From Candidatus Saccharimonadota bacterium (lineage in GTDB: Bacteria; Pseudomonadota; Alphaproteobacteria; Rickettsiales; Anaplasmataceae): a stretch of DNA of 32,000 bases. The DNA lies in assembly GCF_013365495.1 (NCBI RefSeq), contig NZ_CP046580.1, positions 240,001-272,000 on the forward strand, read 5' to 3'. Shown one piece after another: positions 1 to 8,064 of this stretch. Both the position numbers and the translations under genes were made by a program. Within the stretch, counting starts at the first letter, position 1. Each line of letters begins with the position of its first letter. The notes beneath the pieces were generated by a model. It was not told the DNA's origin, searched no databases, and saw nothing but the letters and a program-made list of their open reading frames with translations.

Positions 1-683
1 CATTTGTAATAGAGTCAGGTGATATAGTTGGTGTTGTTGGTGCAAGTGCTTCTGGTAAATCAACTATTGCAAAATTAATTGTTGGTGTATGGAAACCTAT
101 ATCTGGTGTAGTGAGGCTAGACGGTGCTGATGTATATACTTGGAACCGAAGAGATTTTGGTAATTATGTTGGCTACTTACCTCAAGATGTTGAATTATTT
201 AACACTAGTATCAAAGCGAATATTGCGCGTATGAGACCAAATCCAGATTTTGAAGAAGTAATTAAAGCAGCAAAAATTGCAGGGATACATGAATTAATAC
301 TCGGTTTACCAAATGGATATGATACAGTAATAGGGAGCTTTGGAGTAACGCTTTCTGGTGGGCAAAAACAGTTACTTGGTCTTGCAAGAGCTTTTTATGG
401 TAATATTAAACTTTTAGTGCTTGATGAACCAAATGCTAACTTAGATAGTAATGGAGAAGCATGCCTGATTAAAGCGATAGATAATGCAAAGAAGCAGAAT
501 ATTACTACTGTGATTATAACTCATAAACTACTGTTAGTATCCTTGGTTGATAAAGTTATTTTTATATCGGAGGGTACTATTTGTGCTATAGGACCAAAAG
601 ATGAAATTTTAGGTAAATTAGTAGTTACTACATTACCAAATATAAGGGGAGAGGATGAGCAGTTTTCAGTAAGTGGTAGTTAG
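1..683 (+). CDS. Type I secretion system ABC ATPase (PrtD/AprD/HlyB-like), C-terminal nucleotide-binding domain; 5' end outside the window
   Basis: The frame is open from base 3 (FVIESGDIVGVVGASASGKSTIAKL). Walker A GASASGKST lies at about 39-65. It is followed by GYLPQDVELF...NIARM (typical of PrtD-family T1SS ATPases), the ABC signature LSGGQKQ (about 351-371), Walker B LLVLDEP (about 411-431) and H-loop ITH. The track ORF 111..683 is only the part after an internal Met. Confidence 0.85.
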   Translation, partial: FVIESGDIVGVVGASASGKSTIAKLIVGVWKPISGVVRLDGADVYTWNRRDFGNYVGYLPQDVELFNTSIKANIARMRPNPDFEEVIKAAKIAGIHELILGLPNGYDTVIGSFGVTLSGGQKQLLGLARAFYGNIKLLVLDEPNANLDSNGEACLIKAIDNAKKQNITTVIITHKLLLVSLVDKVIFISEGTICAIGPKDEILGKLVVTTLPNIRGEDEQFSVSGS

Positions 684-1074
684 AAAGGGGGAGGGTATTG
701 GATACTTTTTTTTACTTTATTATTCTATAATTTATTAACATGCTCAAATGTTTCTTGTTTCTTTAATTTTCTTTTTAGAAGCTTTTTACTTTGCTACTCT
801 ATTCATTTTGTTTTTATTGAAGAGGTGTTTTATAGTGATGTTGTGGAAGTTGTGAATTTTTTTATTATCTAAGGTTAAGCATACTGATTTTTTTCTTACT
901 AAATTGGAGGAACTATGATCATGAAATATTCTTTATGTTTTTTCTTTTTATAATATTTTCTTTAAGAAAAGAATTTCTGAATGAACATATAGATCAATAA
1001 TAATTTGATCTCTCACTTTTGCTCTTATAAAAATATATTAATATTACTATCTTTTTACTTTGACATTAGTTTTT

Positions 1075-1803
1075 TTACAAGATTTCATGTCTGCTCACTT
1101 TAGCTATTTTTTCTTTTATCTTCTGTAGCTTTTCTTTTAATTCCTCTTGAAAATTTTTATTGTGACTTTTAAGCCTAGTAATAGAGGGATTTTTTATTAT
1201 AGTACTGCTAAGAAATTTTTCATTTGGTGGAAGGGGTGGAGGTGGTGGTATGTTCAAGCTTTGACTTAGTAAAGAAGAAGGCGGAGATGTAAGTATTACA
1301 TTTGTATTTTGGTTTGTAATAAAGGAAGGAGAAAGTGGAGGTGTAAGTAATGCTAACTGAGAAGGTTGAGTGAGTGATGTAGCTGTAGATGGTAACGAAG
1401 AAGAAATTGATGCATTAGAAGAAGAAATTGATGCATTAATTGTGGTAGGTTTTTTAAAATTTGGAGTGGATGAAGATGTTAACATAGCCGTTGTTTCTGG
1501 TATTTGTGTGCTAATATCATTACTATCTGATCTTTTTTCAAAAATGTTATATGTAACTTCTTGCTTTTTATTGTTTATTATAGGAAGAGTTAATTTAGAA
1601 AGGTATATTATTAAACTTAATGCGGCTATTATAGAAATAGAAGCAATTGTTATATAGAAAGAAGATGGTGCTGTAGTAGTAGTGGTGCCACACATCGCTA
1701 AGCTTATAGGATAAATAGATACTCCAGTTGTGAGGACAGATGTACATAGTAAGAAGGTAGCAATTGAATATTTTAATGAAGATGATATTCTAAAAGTGTT
1801 CAT
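1075..1803 (-). CDS. Hypothetical membrane-anchored Ser/Thr/Pro-rich protein (two N-terminal hydrophobic segments, polyproline block, basic coiled-coil C-terminus); no family recognised
   Basis: This is a 242-aa ORF with an ATG start preceded by GAGGAAAA (complement of about 1804-1811), a plausible RBS. Hydrophobic segments are KYSIATFLLCTSVLTTGVSIYPISLAMCG and FYITIASISIIAALSLIIYL. A roughly 120-aa S/T/P-rich stretch follows, with the duplicated heptapeptide ASISSSN/ASISSSL. The protein ends with IPPPPPLPP and then the K/E-rich heptad-like FQEELKEKLQKIKEKIAKV. The antisense ORF 1370..1657 is a shadow of this gene. Confidence 0.6.
   Translation of the reverse strand: MNTFRISSSLKYSIATFLLCTSVLTTGVSIYPISLAMCGTTTTTAPSSFYITIASISIIAALSLIIYLSKLTLPIINNKKQEVTYNIFEKRSDSNDISTQIPETTAMLTSSSTPNFKKPTTINASISSSNASISSSLPSTATSLTQPSQLALLTPPLSPSFITNQNTNVILTSPPSSLLSQSLNIPPPPPLPPNEKFLSSTIIKNPSITRLKSHNKNFQEELKEKLQKIKEKIAKVSRHEIL
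1397..1438. repeat. Perfect 21-bp tandem repeat x2 (gaagaagaaattgatgcatta on + strand), in frame inside the 1075..1803 gene
   Basis: Read directly from the sequence. Bases 1397-1417 and 1418-1438 are identical and encode the ASISSS(N/L) duplication on the minus strand. Confidence 0.95.
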
Positions 1804-2262
1804 TTTTCCTCACATTGTATATTAATACCATATTAGCATTAACTGGGCTAATGTTTTATGTCAATGAAAATTATTGAATAAATTTTATAAATAATAATTA
1901 GTATAATATTAATCTATTAAAAATTTATAAATAAGTAGTATTATATTAAGAATTTATAATGATATTTTTACGATTTTAATAAATTTTAATGAATTGCTTT
2001 TTAAATTGTGAAAATGTATATTTTGTTAATATATTGAGTTGAAGAAAAGTAGGCTTATGTTTTTTTCTTTAGTAATTAAGAAAATATATGTAATAAATAT
2101 TAGTATTTTAGTAGTTTATTAAAATATTAAATGTTACTTGTTAGGAATAGATAATGATTAGTATAATGTCTGGTTTAGGTTTAGGTTTTTAAGATCAGAT
2201 TTTTATCTGGGATAGTTAATTATATGATCAAAATTTGCTATAGTTTATATGTAAGCTTGAAT

Positions 2263-2270
2263 GGGGGGGG
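2263..2270. repeat. Homopolymeric G8 tract in an AT-rich spacer
   Basis: Read directly: atGGGGGGGGatt at 2261-2273. It is the longest G/C homopolymer I noticed in the window. Confidence 0.95.
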
Positions 2271-3259
2271 ATTTATTATTAGTATTTAAAGCTAAAGATT
2301 AAGATTTTAATTTTAGTGTGATCTTTATTAGTATAGAGTAAAGTGATATAGTAAAAGGATTTTTTTAGAGGGGGAAATATTAGTTATGGTGTTATAATTA
2401 GAATTATAAGTGCTACAAGATGAATAGTTTGATAAGGAAAAATTATGAGTAATGAAAGGTCAATTTTAAAGTATTTATATTATATTCAATTTTAAGGCTC
2501 AATTAGTGCACTTTCAATAAAAAAAAAGTTGAAATTTTAATTGTTGAATTATTTTAGTTAGTTTTCTGCAAGTTTTTTATATTTTGCTTAGAAACTCTTG
2601 AATATAATCAAGTTTTATTTTATGAGTAAATTTTATCTAAGTATAGAATATTTTATCTCTAATGAGAGTTAGTGTTCAATTAAAGATTGAAAATGCTATT
2701 ATTAGTTTTTAGATTGGTAAATTTTTTAGTTTATTTGTTGTTTATAGAGTGGAGTATATTGGATGGTGGAATCTTAGTTGATGGTTAAATTTTCAATTTA
2801 GAGATCATTTAAGTTTTTAAAAGGAAGTTGTAATTTAAAGTAAAGCTTAGATTTATAGAAAAATTTTTTTTAGGTTTATACATTAGGAAATGCATTTTAA
2901 TTTTAGCCTTTGAGCTTGGTAAGCTATATGAGGTTTTTTTGCTACATAATGTTTGTTGAATGAGATTTTTATTTGCCGCTTTCCAGGAGAGATTGGATGT
3001 ATATGTAGAAAATAAACAATAAAAGTGATGAATAGTGGGTTTAACTAAGTCTTAGTTTAATTAATGATAATGATATAACATTTTTTTACCTGTATTCAGG
3101 TTGATACATGATTGTAGATATGAAGGAATTACAGAAAATATAGAAGTTCAATTGGTAGATTAAGAAGGATTTTATTACATATATTCTTAAGAGCTGTAAA
3201 ATTAAAGGATAGTATTATGTGAAATCATTTTAATTGTGAGTAAGTATTATTTTATAATT

Positions 3260-3290
3260 TCTAGTATATATTTAAATCTAGTATATATTT
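3260..3290. repeat. 14-bp direct repeat tctagtatatattt x2 with 17-bp period
   Basis: Read directly: copies at 3260-3273 and 3277-3290, separated by aaa. Confidence 0.9.
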
Positions 3291-3499
3291 GAAGTGGTAG
3301 ATAAAGATTTTTTAAGAATATTAAGATTTTAAGTAGATTTATAACTGGAAATTATATAATTTTTATGTGAGTTGTAGATTTGGGAATGATAAGAGATAAC
3401 TAAATAGTAAGATTAGGCTTTGGTTTAGGTATTATGTTTATGTTTTATTCGAGCTAAAATTAATTAGATAGCTTGGCTATATAGATAATTTAATTATTG

Positions 3500-3573
3500 G
3501 CGCTTGTAGTTCAGTGGATAGAGCGTTGCCCTCCGAAGGCAAAGGTTAGGGGGTTCGAATCCCTCCAAGCGCA
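3500..3573 (+). tRNA. tRNA-Arg, anticodon CCG
   Basis: A manual cloverleaf fold works. The acceptor stem GCGCTTG (3500-3506) pairs with CAAGCGC (3566-3572), with discriminator A at 3573. The D arm is GTTC/AGTGGATA/GAGC. The anticodon stem is TTGCC/GGCAA with loop CTCCGAA, giving anticodon CCG at 3533-3535. The T arm is GGGGG/TTCGAAT/CCCTC. No CCA is encoded. Confidence 0.9.
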
Positions 3574-3585
3574 TTTTAATCAGAT

Positions 3586-3613
3586 TTGACATGATATTGC
3601 AACATAAGATAAT
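3586..3613 (+). promoter_or_regulatory. Sigma70-like promoter candidate for ssb-dapA: TTGACA-N16-GATAAT
   Basis: A perfect -35 TTGACA lies at 3586-3591 and GATAAT at 3608-3613 after a 16-nt spacer (alternatively ATAATA with 17 nt). The pair sits 13 nt after the tRNA and about 30 nt before the ssb ATG. -10-like strings are common in AT-rich DNA, so the -35 carries most of the weight. Confidence 0.45.
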
Positions 3614-3644
3614 ATAGAAGAAGATTGATTATAAAAATATAGTT

Positions 3645-4118
3645 ATGTCTACTGGTACAGTAAACAAAGTTATATTAGTTGGTAATTTAGGAAGAGATCC
3701 TGAAGTTAGAACTATGCAGAATGGAAAAGAGATGGCAAATTTTTCGCTAGCTACTTCTGAAAGTTGGATTGATAAATTTTCTGGTATGCGTTCTGAAAAA
3801 ACGGAATGGCATAATGTTGTAGTATTTAACAAAGGATTAGTGAAAATTATTAAAGATCTTGTACGTAAAGGTAGTAAAATTTATGTTGAAGGTTCTTTAA
3901 GAACTAGGAAGTATACTGATCAAAGTGGAAATGAAAGATATACTACAGAAATAGTGCTGCAAAATTTTAATAGTACTCTTACTCTTTTAGATTCGCGGTC
4001 AAGTTCTGATTATTCATTGAATGAATATGAGCAACATGGAGCAGAGCAAAAAAAGCAATATGAAAATTTTGACGATGAAATAAAGGGAGAGTTAATTGAT
4101 GATGAAATACCGTTTTAA
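3645..4118 (+). CDS. ssb: Single-stranded DNA-binding protein
   Basis: The N-terminal OB fold reads [16 protein letters not shown]...[11 protein letters not shown]. An acidic tail ends in DDEIPF, matching the canonical SSB C-terminal D-D-D-I-P-F type tip. Confidence 0.95.
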   Translation: MSTGTVNKVILVGNLGRDPEVRTMQNGKEMANFSLATSESWIDKFSGMRSEKTEWHNVVVFNKGLVKIIKDLVRKGSKIYVEGSLRTRKYTDQSGNERYTTEIVLQNFNSTLTLLDSRSSSDYSLNEYEQHGAEQKKQYENFDDEIKGELIDDEIPF

Positions 4119-4127
4119 TGATTTTTA

Positions 4128-5084
4128 ATGAGATTGTTATCTCCGTTTTTATGGACTGCTTGTGTTACTCCTTTTAGTTATAAAGGAGATAGTATAGATT
4201 ATAATGGTTTACAGCGTTTACTTACAATACAAGCTGAGGCTGGAAATGGTGTAGTTTTACTAGGTAGTACTGGTGAAAATTTATCACTTACTGATCATGA
4301 AAGACGTACACTAGTTGATTTTGTATGTAAGCTAAAGTTAAGGAGTATTAAAATTATAGTTGGTGTACCAGGAGTGAATTTATATCAAGCTCTTGAATGG
4401 CTTGATTTTTGTCAAGGTATGCCTATTTATGGTTATTTAATGACTACTCCAATTTATACTAAGCCTGGAATTATAGGGCAGACTTTATGGTTTGAAAAGT
4501 TACTTGAAAAGGCACATGTGCCGGTTATGCTTTATAATATTCCATCAAGAGCAGGAGTGAATCTTTATGTAGAAACTGTATGTAATTTGTCCAGTCACGA
4601 AAGGTTTTGGGCTATTAAAGATTCAAGTGGGGATATTGATACTTTAGTTAATTATAAAAAAGTTGCACCAGATATTGAAGTTTTTTGTGGTGATGATAAT
4701 ATGATACTTGATATGGCTGCTTGTGGTGCAGTTGGCTTGGTTTCTGTTGCTTCTAATCTTTGGCCATATGCAGTACATAAATATGTTAAGCGATGTTTAC
4801 TGTCATTTCAGCATTATGCATTAGGATCTTGGAAGAAAACAACTACTCAAGTCGTAGAAAATAGAGTAAAAAAAAATTCACTAGATATTTGGCAACAAGC
4901 CTGTAAAGCTCTATATATTGCTAGTAACCCGATACCTACTAAAGTACTTTTGCATGATATTGGGCTTATAGAACATGAAACTGTTCGCTTACCACTTAGC
5001 ATAGAGGACTTACCTTCTATTGAAATATTAAGGCAAGTTAATAAAATGATTCTTAAATGGGAAGAAGGGTTAACTAATAATTAA
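4128..5084 (+). CDS. dapA: 4-hydroxy-tetrahydrodipicolinate synthase (DapA/DHDPS family)
   Basis: Family motifs are present: LLGSTGENLSLT (GTTGE region), TTPIYTKP, MLYNIPSRAG (Tyr and Arg of the catalytic site), IKDSSGD (Schiff-base Lys) and NPIPTK. The gene starts 9 nt after the ssb stop and is probably co-transcribed. It carries an apparent extra segment of about 18-20 aa around residues 224-247 relative to E. coli DapA as I recall it. Confidence 0.85.
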   Translation: MRLLSPFLWTACVTPFSYKGDSIDYNGLQRLLTIQAEAGNGVVLLGSTGENLSLTDHERRTLVDFVCKLKLRSIKIIVGVPGVNLYQALEWLDFCQGMPIYGYLMTTPIYTKPGIIGQTLWFEKLLEKAHVPVMLYNIPSRAGVNLYVETVCNLSSHERFWAIKDSSGDIDTLVNYKKVAPDIEVFCGDDNMILDMAACGAVGLVSVASNLWPYAVHKYVKRCLLSFQHYALGSWKKTTTQVVENRVKKNSLDIWQQACKALYIASNPIPTKVLLHDIGLIEHETVRLPLSIEDLPSIEILRQVNKMILKWEEGLTNN

Positions 5085-5737
5085 AGTAAGAATAATGTCT
5101 CTTAAATTTTGTCAATTTTTTACTATAATTAGTGTATATAGTAGTCAGTAAAAGATGGATATATAATAATTTTCATGATATTGTAGTGAAAGAGTTATAA
5201 TATTTATGTGGGTTTAGTTATTTAAATTATACTCAATTTAGTTTTAAAATCCTTAAAAGGTTTTTGTTATAGAAAGTAGCAAATCAGTATAAAAGTAGCT
5301 AAAGTTTTCAATAATCGATTTTATGAAATTGTTACATATAACTCTTTTGTTACGGTATAATTACTTTTTTTTGTTGTATTATAATTTAGCTAAATTAAAA
5401 CGAGCTTTTAATTGTTTTGCTTAGGTGCTGAGAAATTTATTTAAGAAAATGTGAGTATTTAGTATTTTTTTAAGGTGGGCTTTGCTGTAGAGTAAAACTT
5501 AAAGAATTTTAGGTAAAACTGTTTATTTAAAGATATGGAACTATAGTATTAATGAATTAAATATTATTTTCATCTTTGTATAGTATTGTTAGTTTATAAA
5601 TTGAAATAACTGGGTACTTATGATTTAGTAAAAAAATAGCCCAGAATTTATGGGTAATTTTTATTTTTGTTTAAAATAATTCTATATTACAAAAATCTAA
5701 GAAAGATAGATTTACTTAATTTATTACAATGGAAGTA

Positions 5738-6745
5738 TTATGATGTTCGTGCTATTAAATTTTTTACAACATCAAGTGCTGCATATGTAAATATTGCACT
5801 TGCACCAGCACGTTTAAAGCTAATTAAAGATTCATAGATTACTTTATCGTAGTTTAACCAGCCATTGTTAGTTGCGGCTTTTATCATTGCATATTCACCG
5901 CTTACTTGATAGGCAAAAATTGGAAAATCAAACTTGTCTCTTGCTGTTTTAATTATATCTAAACATGGCATGCCTGGTTTTATCATAATAAAGTCTGCAC
6001 CTTCATTTATATCCATTTCAATTTCACAAATTGTCTCTCTTGCATTTCTATAGTCCATTTGATAACTGCTTTTATCGATAGAATTTGATGGTACACATGA
6101 ACCAACAATTTTTCTGAATGGTGCATAGAAATTAGAGCAATATTTTACTGCATAAGATAGTATTAATGTATTTTGAAAGTTATTGTCATCTAATGTTTTT
6201 CTTATTTTTCCTATCCTGCCATCCATCATATCGGAAGGAGCAACTATGTTACATCCTGCTTTTGCTAAAGTTAGTGCTTGTTTACATAATGCTGATATAG
6301 TTTCGTCATTTTCTACATCTGTCAAATTTTCTTTTAGAAGACCATCATGACCATGAGTAGTGTATGGATCTAGTGCAACATCTGCAATAATACCAATATC
6401 AGGTACTTTTAATTTTATAGCATAGATTGCTTTGCAAATTAAATTATCAGGATTATATGCCTCCTCGGCATTTTTAGATTTTAATTTATTATTCACTACT
6501 GGAAAAATCGCGATAGCATTTATTCCATAATCCTTGGCTTCTTGAACTATAGAAACTAATTTATTTATTGAATAGCATTTTATGTCTGGTAAACCAGGAA
6601 TTGATTCAGTTGTTTCTTTTTTATCATGAACAAAAAGAGGAAAAATCAAATCATTTATTGATAAGATGCATTCACTTGTTAGATTGCGAATCCATTTACT
6701 TGAGCGTCTACGTCTTAAACGTGTAGTTGGAAAATTAAGCATCAT
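5738..6745 (-). CDS. hemB: Porphobilinogen synthase (delta-aminolevulinic acid dehydratase), Asp-rich non-zinc type
   Basis: The match runs full length: RLRRRR...IRNL...LIFPLFV, SDMMDGR, MIKPG and AYQVSGEYAM. The metal site reads DVALDPYTTHGHDG, the DxALDxYxxxGHDG variant rather than the Cys-rich Zn motif. Confidence 0.95.
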   Translation of the reverse strand: MMLNFPTTRLRRRRSSKWIRNLTSECILSINDLIFPLFVHDKKETTESIPGLPDIKCYSINKLVSIVQEAKDYGINAIAIFPVVNNKLKSKNAEEAYNPDNLICKAIYAIKLKVPDIGIIADVALDPYTTHGHDGLLKENLTDVENDETISALCKQALTLAKAGCNIVAPSDMMDGRIGKIRKTLDDNNFQNTLILSYAVKYCSNFYAPFRKIVGSCVPSNSIDKSSYQMDYRNARETICEIEMDINEGADFIMIKPGMPCLDIIKTARDKFDFPIFAYQVSGEYAMIKAATNNGWLNYDKVIYESLISFKRAGASAIFTYAALDVVKNLIARTS

Positions 6746-7596
6746 AATTTCCTTGAAACTGTTTTATATAAAGTAAACATTTATAGTATTTCTATAGTAT
6801 CTTTAGTCTCTCTATCAAATCTTCTTTATTATAGTAGAGGGGTATGTGTTTGTTCATTACATTGAATTAATTAACCTATTTTTCATTTTATATATTTTTA
6901 TTTCATTTACTAAAATCCTAGTAACTTTAATAAAATATCTACAAATATATTACCTAAATAAGTCTTTAGCTACCACTACTTTAGCTTATTTTTTTATTCT
7001 TTACAATTTTTTTTTGATAGTGTTTTTATTTCTAATATCGGTTCTTCTTTTAACAAAGATAGTTTTATTCATTTAGTAAATTCATTTTTTATATACTTAG
7101 ATTTTCTTTTTTTTTCAAAATGAAACTTTTCAACTCATTAATGCAAGAGCTTTATTATTGAATTTTCTTGTTATTTTTCTAAATCTTTAGAATTATTTCT
7201 CTTGTGATGTAAGTAGAATATTTTTCTATATGTATATTTTCTAGTTATTTTACCCATTATTTGTATATTTAGAAATTTAATAGAGATTAATTTAAAGTAT
7301 TGTTCTTCATTGATTTTGATATTTTATATTTAAAAAAAATTAATCAATTTTGAGAAAATTAAATAATGAAAGTTGTTTAGGATTATTAACTGTTACTGTT
7401 TTGAATAGTTTTAGTATGTTTAAAAAAAGTTAAACATATTTTTTGCTTTATATCATAGTGAATGAGGCTCTATGAATGTATTCATTATGAAACTTATAAT
7501 TTAATTTGTTGTGTAGAATATTAATATAATATTTTGTTTATCATTAAGAAAGATCTTAGGATTTGGATAGTGTGATGAAAAAAGAGGAAAGGACTT

Positions 7597-7615
7597 AACT
7601 TCACTAAGTGAAGTT
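7597..7615. repeat. Perfect inverted repeat / hairpin: 8-bp stem AACTTCAC / GTGAAGTT with 3-nt loop
   Basis: Read directly: stem arms at 7597-7604 and 7608-7615 with loop taa, followed by ttg. It lies in the middle of the hemB-iscS spacer. Confidence 0.8.
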
Positions 7616-8064
7616 TTGATGTTATTGAATTTAAAGATACATTTAAGAATATTCTGAATCTTTTTTATACTAAGATTTTTTTCAGACTTAACTTTGAATT
7701 AGTAAGCTTAGAAGAGGTTATGAATTGACTTAAAATGATTAGTAATATTATATAATTATTAATGATTATCTGGCAAAACTTTTGAAATCTTCTTTTGGAG
7801 ATACTGAATTTATACTTAAGATAGTGGTTTATAGTGATTAATATATTTTAATACTTTTTAAAAACTATCTGTTTTATTTAAGTTTTTGTATTATCTTAAT
7901 AATTTAATTTTTATATATTTATATTACTTGAGTGGAGTTTTGTAAAAACTACTCTTTATGTGTTCTGAAGTAAGTTTTTAAAATTTATTCTCTTTTTAAA
8001 AATTAAATTCTTTTACTATTTAGTTTTTTATTTTTTACTTTAATGCGAACTCATAGAGGAGATT

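Noticed and set aside
695-713. A possible intrinsic terminator after the ABC ATPase gene (GTAT-tgg-ATAC followed by T8).
   Set aside because: The stem is only 4 bp and AT-rich, which is thermodynamically negligible. The T-run alone is not informative in this genome. Likewise, T8 at about 12537-12545 after acnA has no convincing upstream hairpin.
906-953. GGAGGA followed by a 12-codon mini-ORF (MIMKYSLCFFFL) in the spacer after the T1SS ATPase gene.
   Set aside because: The RBS-like string is good, but its spacing to the ATG is only 3 nt and the peptide is tiny and low-complexity. In an AT-rich spacer this is likely chance. It would be worth a glance only if ribosome-profiling data exist.
991-1011. 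An inverted repeat AGATCAA-taataat-TTGATCT downstream of the 1075..1803 gene, and the palindrome ATTGGC-ttg-GCCAAT at 13331-13345.
   Set aside because: Both are isolated short palindromes without adjacent U-tracts on either strand and without recurring copies that I could find. They are compatible with chance or unknown binding sites, and there is not enough evidence to call a feature.
1370-1657. A 95-aa plus-strand ORF containing an EEEIDAL repeat.
   Set aside because: It is antisense to the 1075..1803 gene and its repeat is simply the complement of that gene's 21-bp duplication. The minus-strand ORF is longer, has an ATG with a GAGGA RBS and a coherent membrane-protein architecture. Strand choice still rests on inference only.
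3500-3573. tRNA-Arg as a possible integration site for a mobile element, given the 1.7-kb odd spacer next to it.
   Set aside because: I found no direct repeat of the tRNA 3' end elsewhere in the window and no integrase or phage-like ORF. The adjacent DNA has the same composition as all other spacers.
3629-3832. Other short antisense ORFs: 3629..3832, 8444..8665, 10797..10988, 14852..15064, 15614..15811, 18724..18975, 20683..20871, 21128..21391, 24188..24382, 27661..27903, 28237..28473.
   Set aside because: Each lies inside and opposite a confidently identified conserved gene (ssb, iscS, acnA, nusA, ubiA, ppiD-like, rho, PPDK regulator). No motifs were seen. This is typical shadow ORF behaviour.
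6846-7076. A 76-aa GTG-initiated, very hydrophobic ORF (Phe/Leu/Ile-rich) in the hemB-iscS spacer.
   Set aside because: Its composition is exactly what a T-rich noncoding strand yields. There is no RBS, no ATG and no charged loops typical of real small membrane proteins. I cannot exclude a small membrane peptide, so ribosome profiling would be needed.
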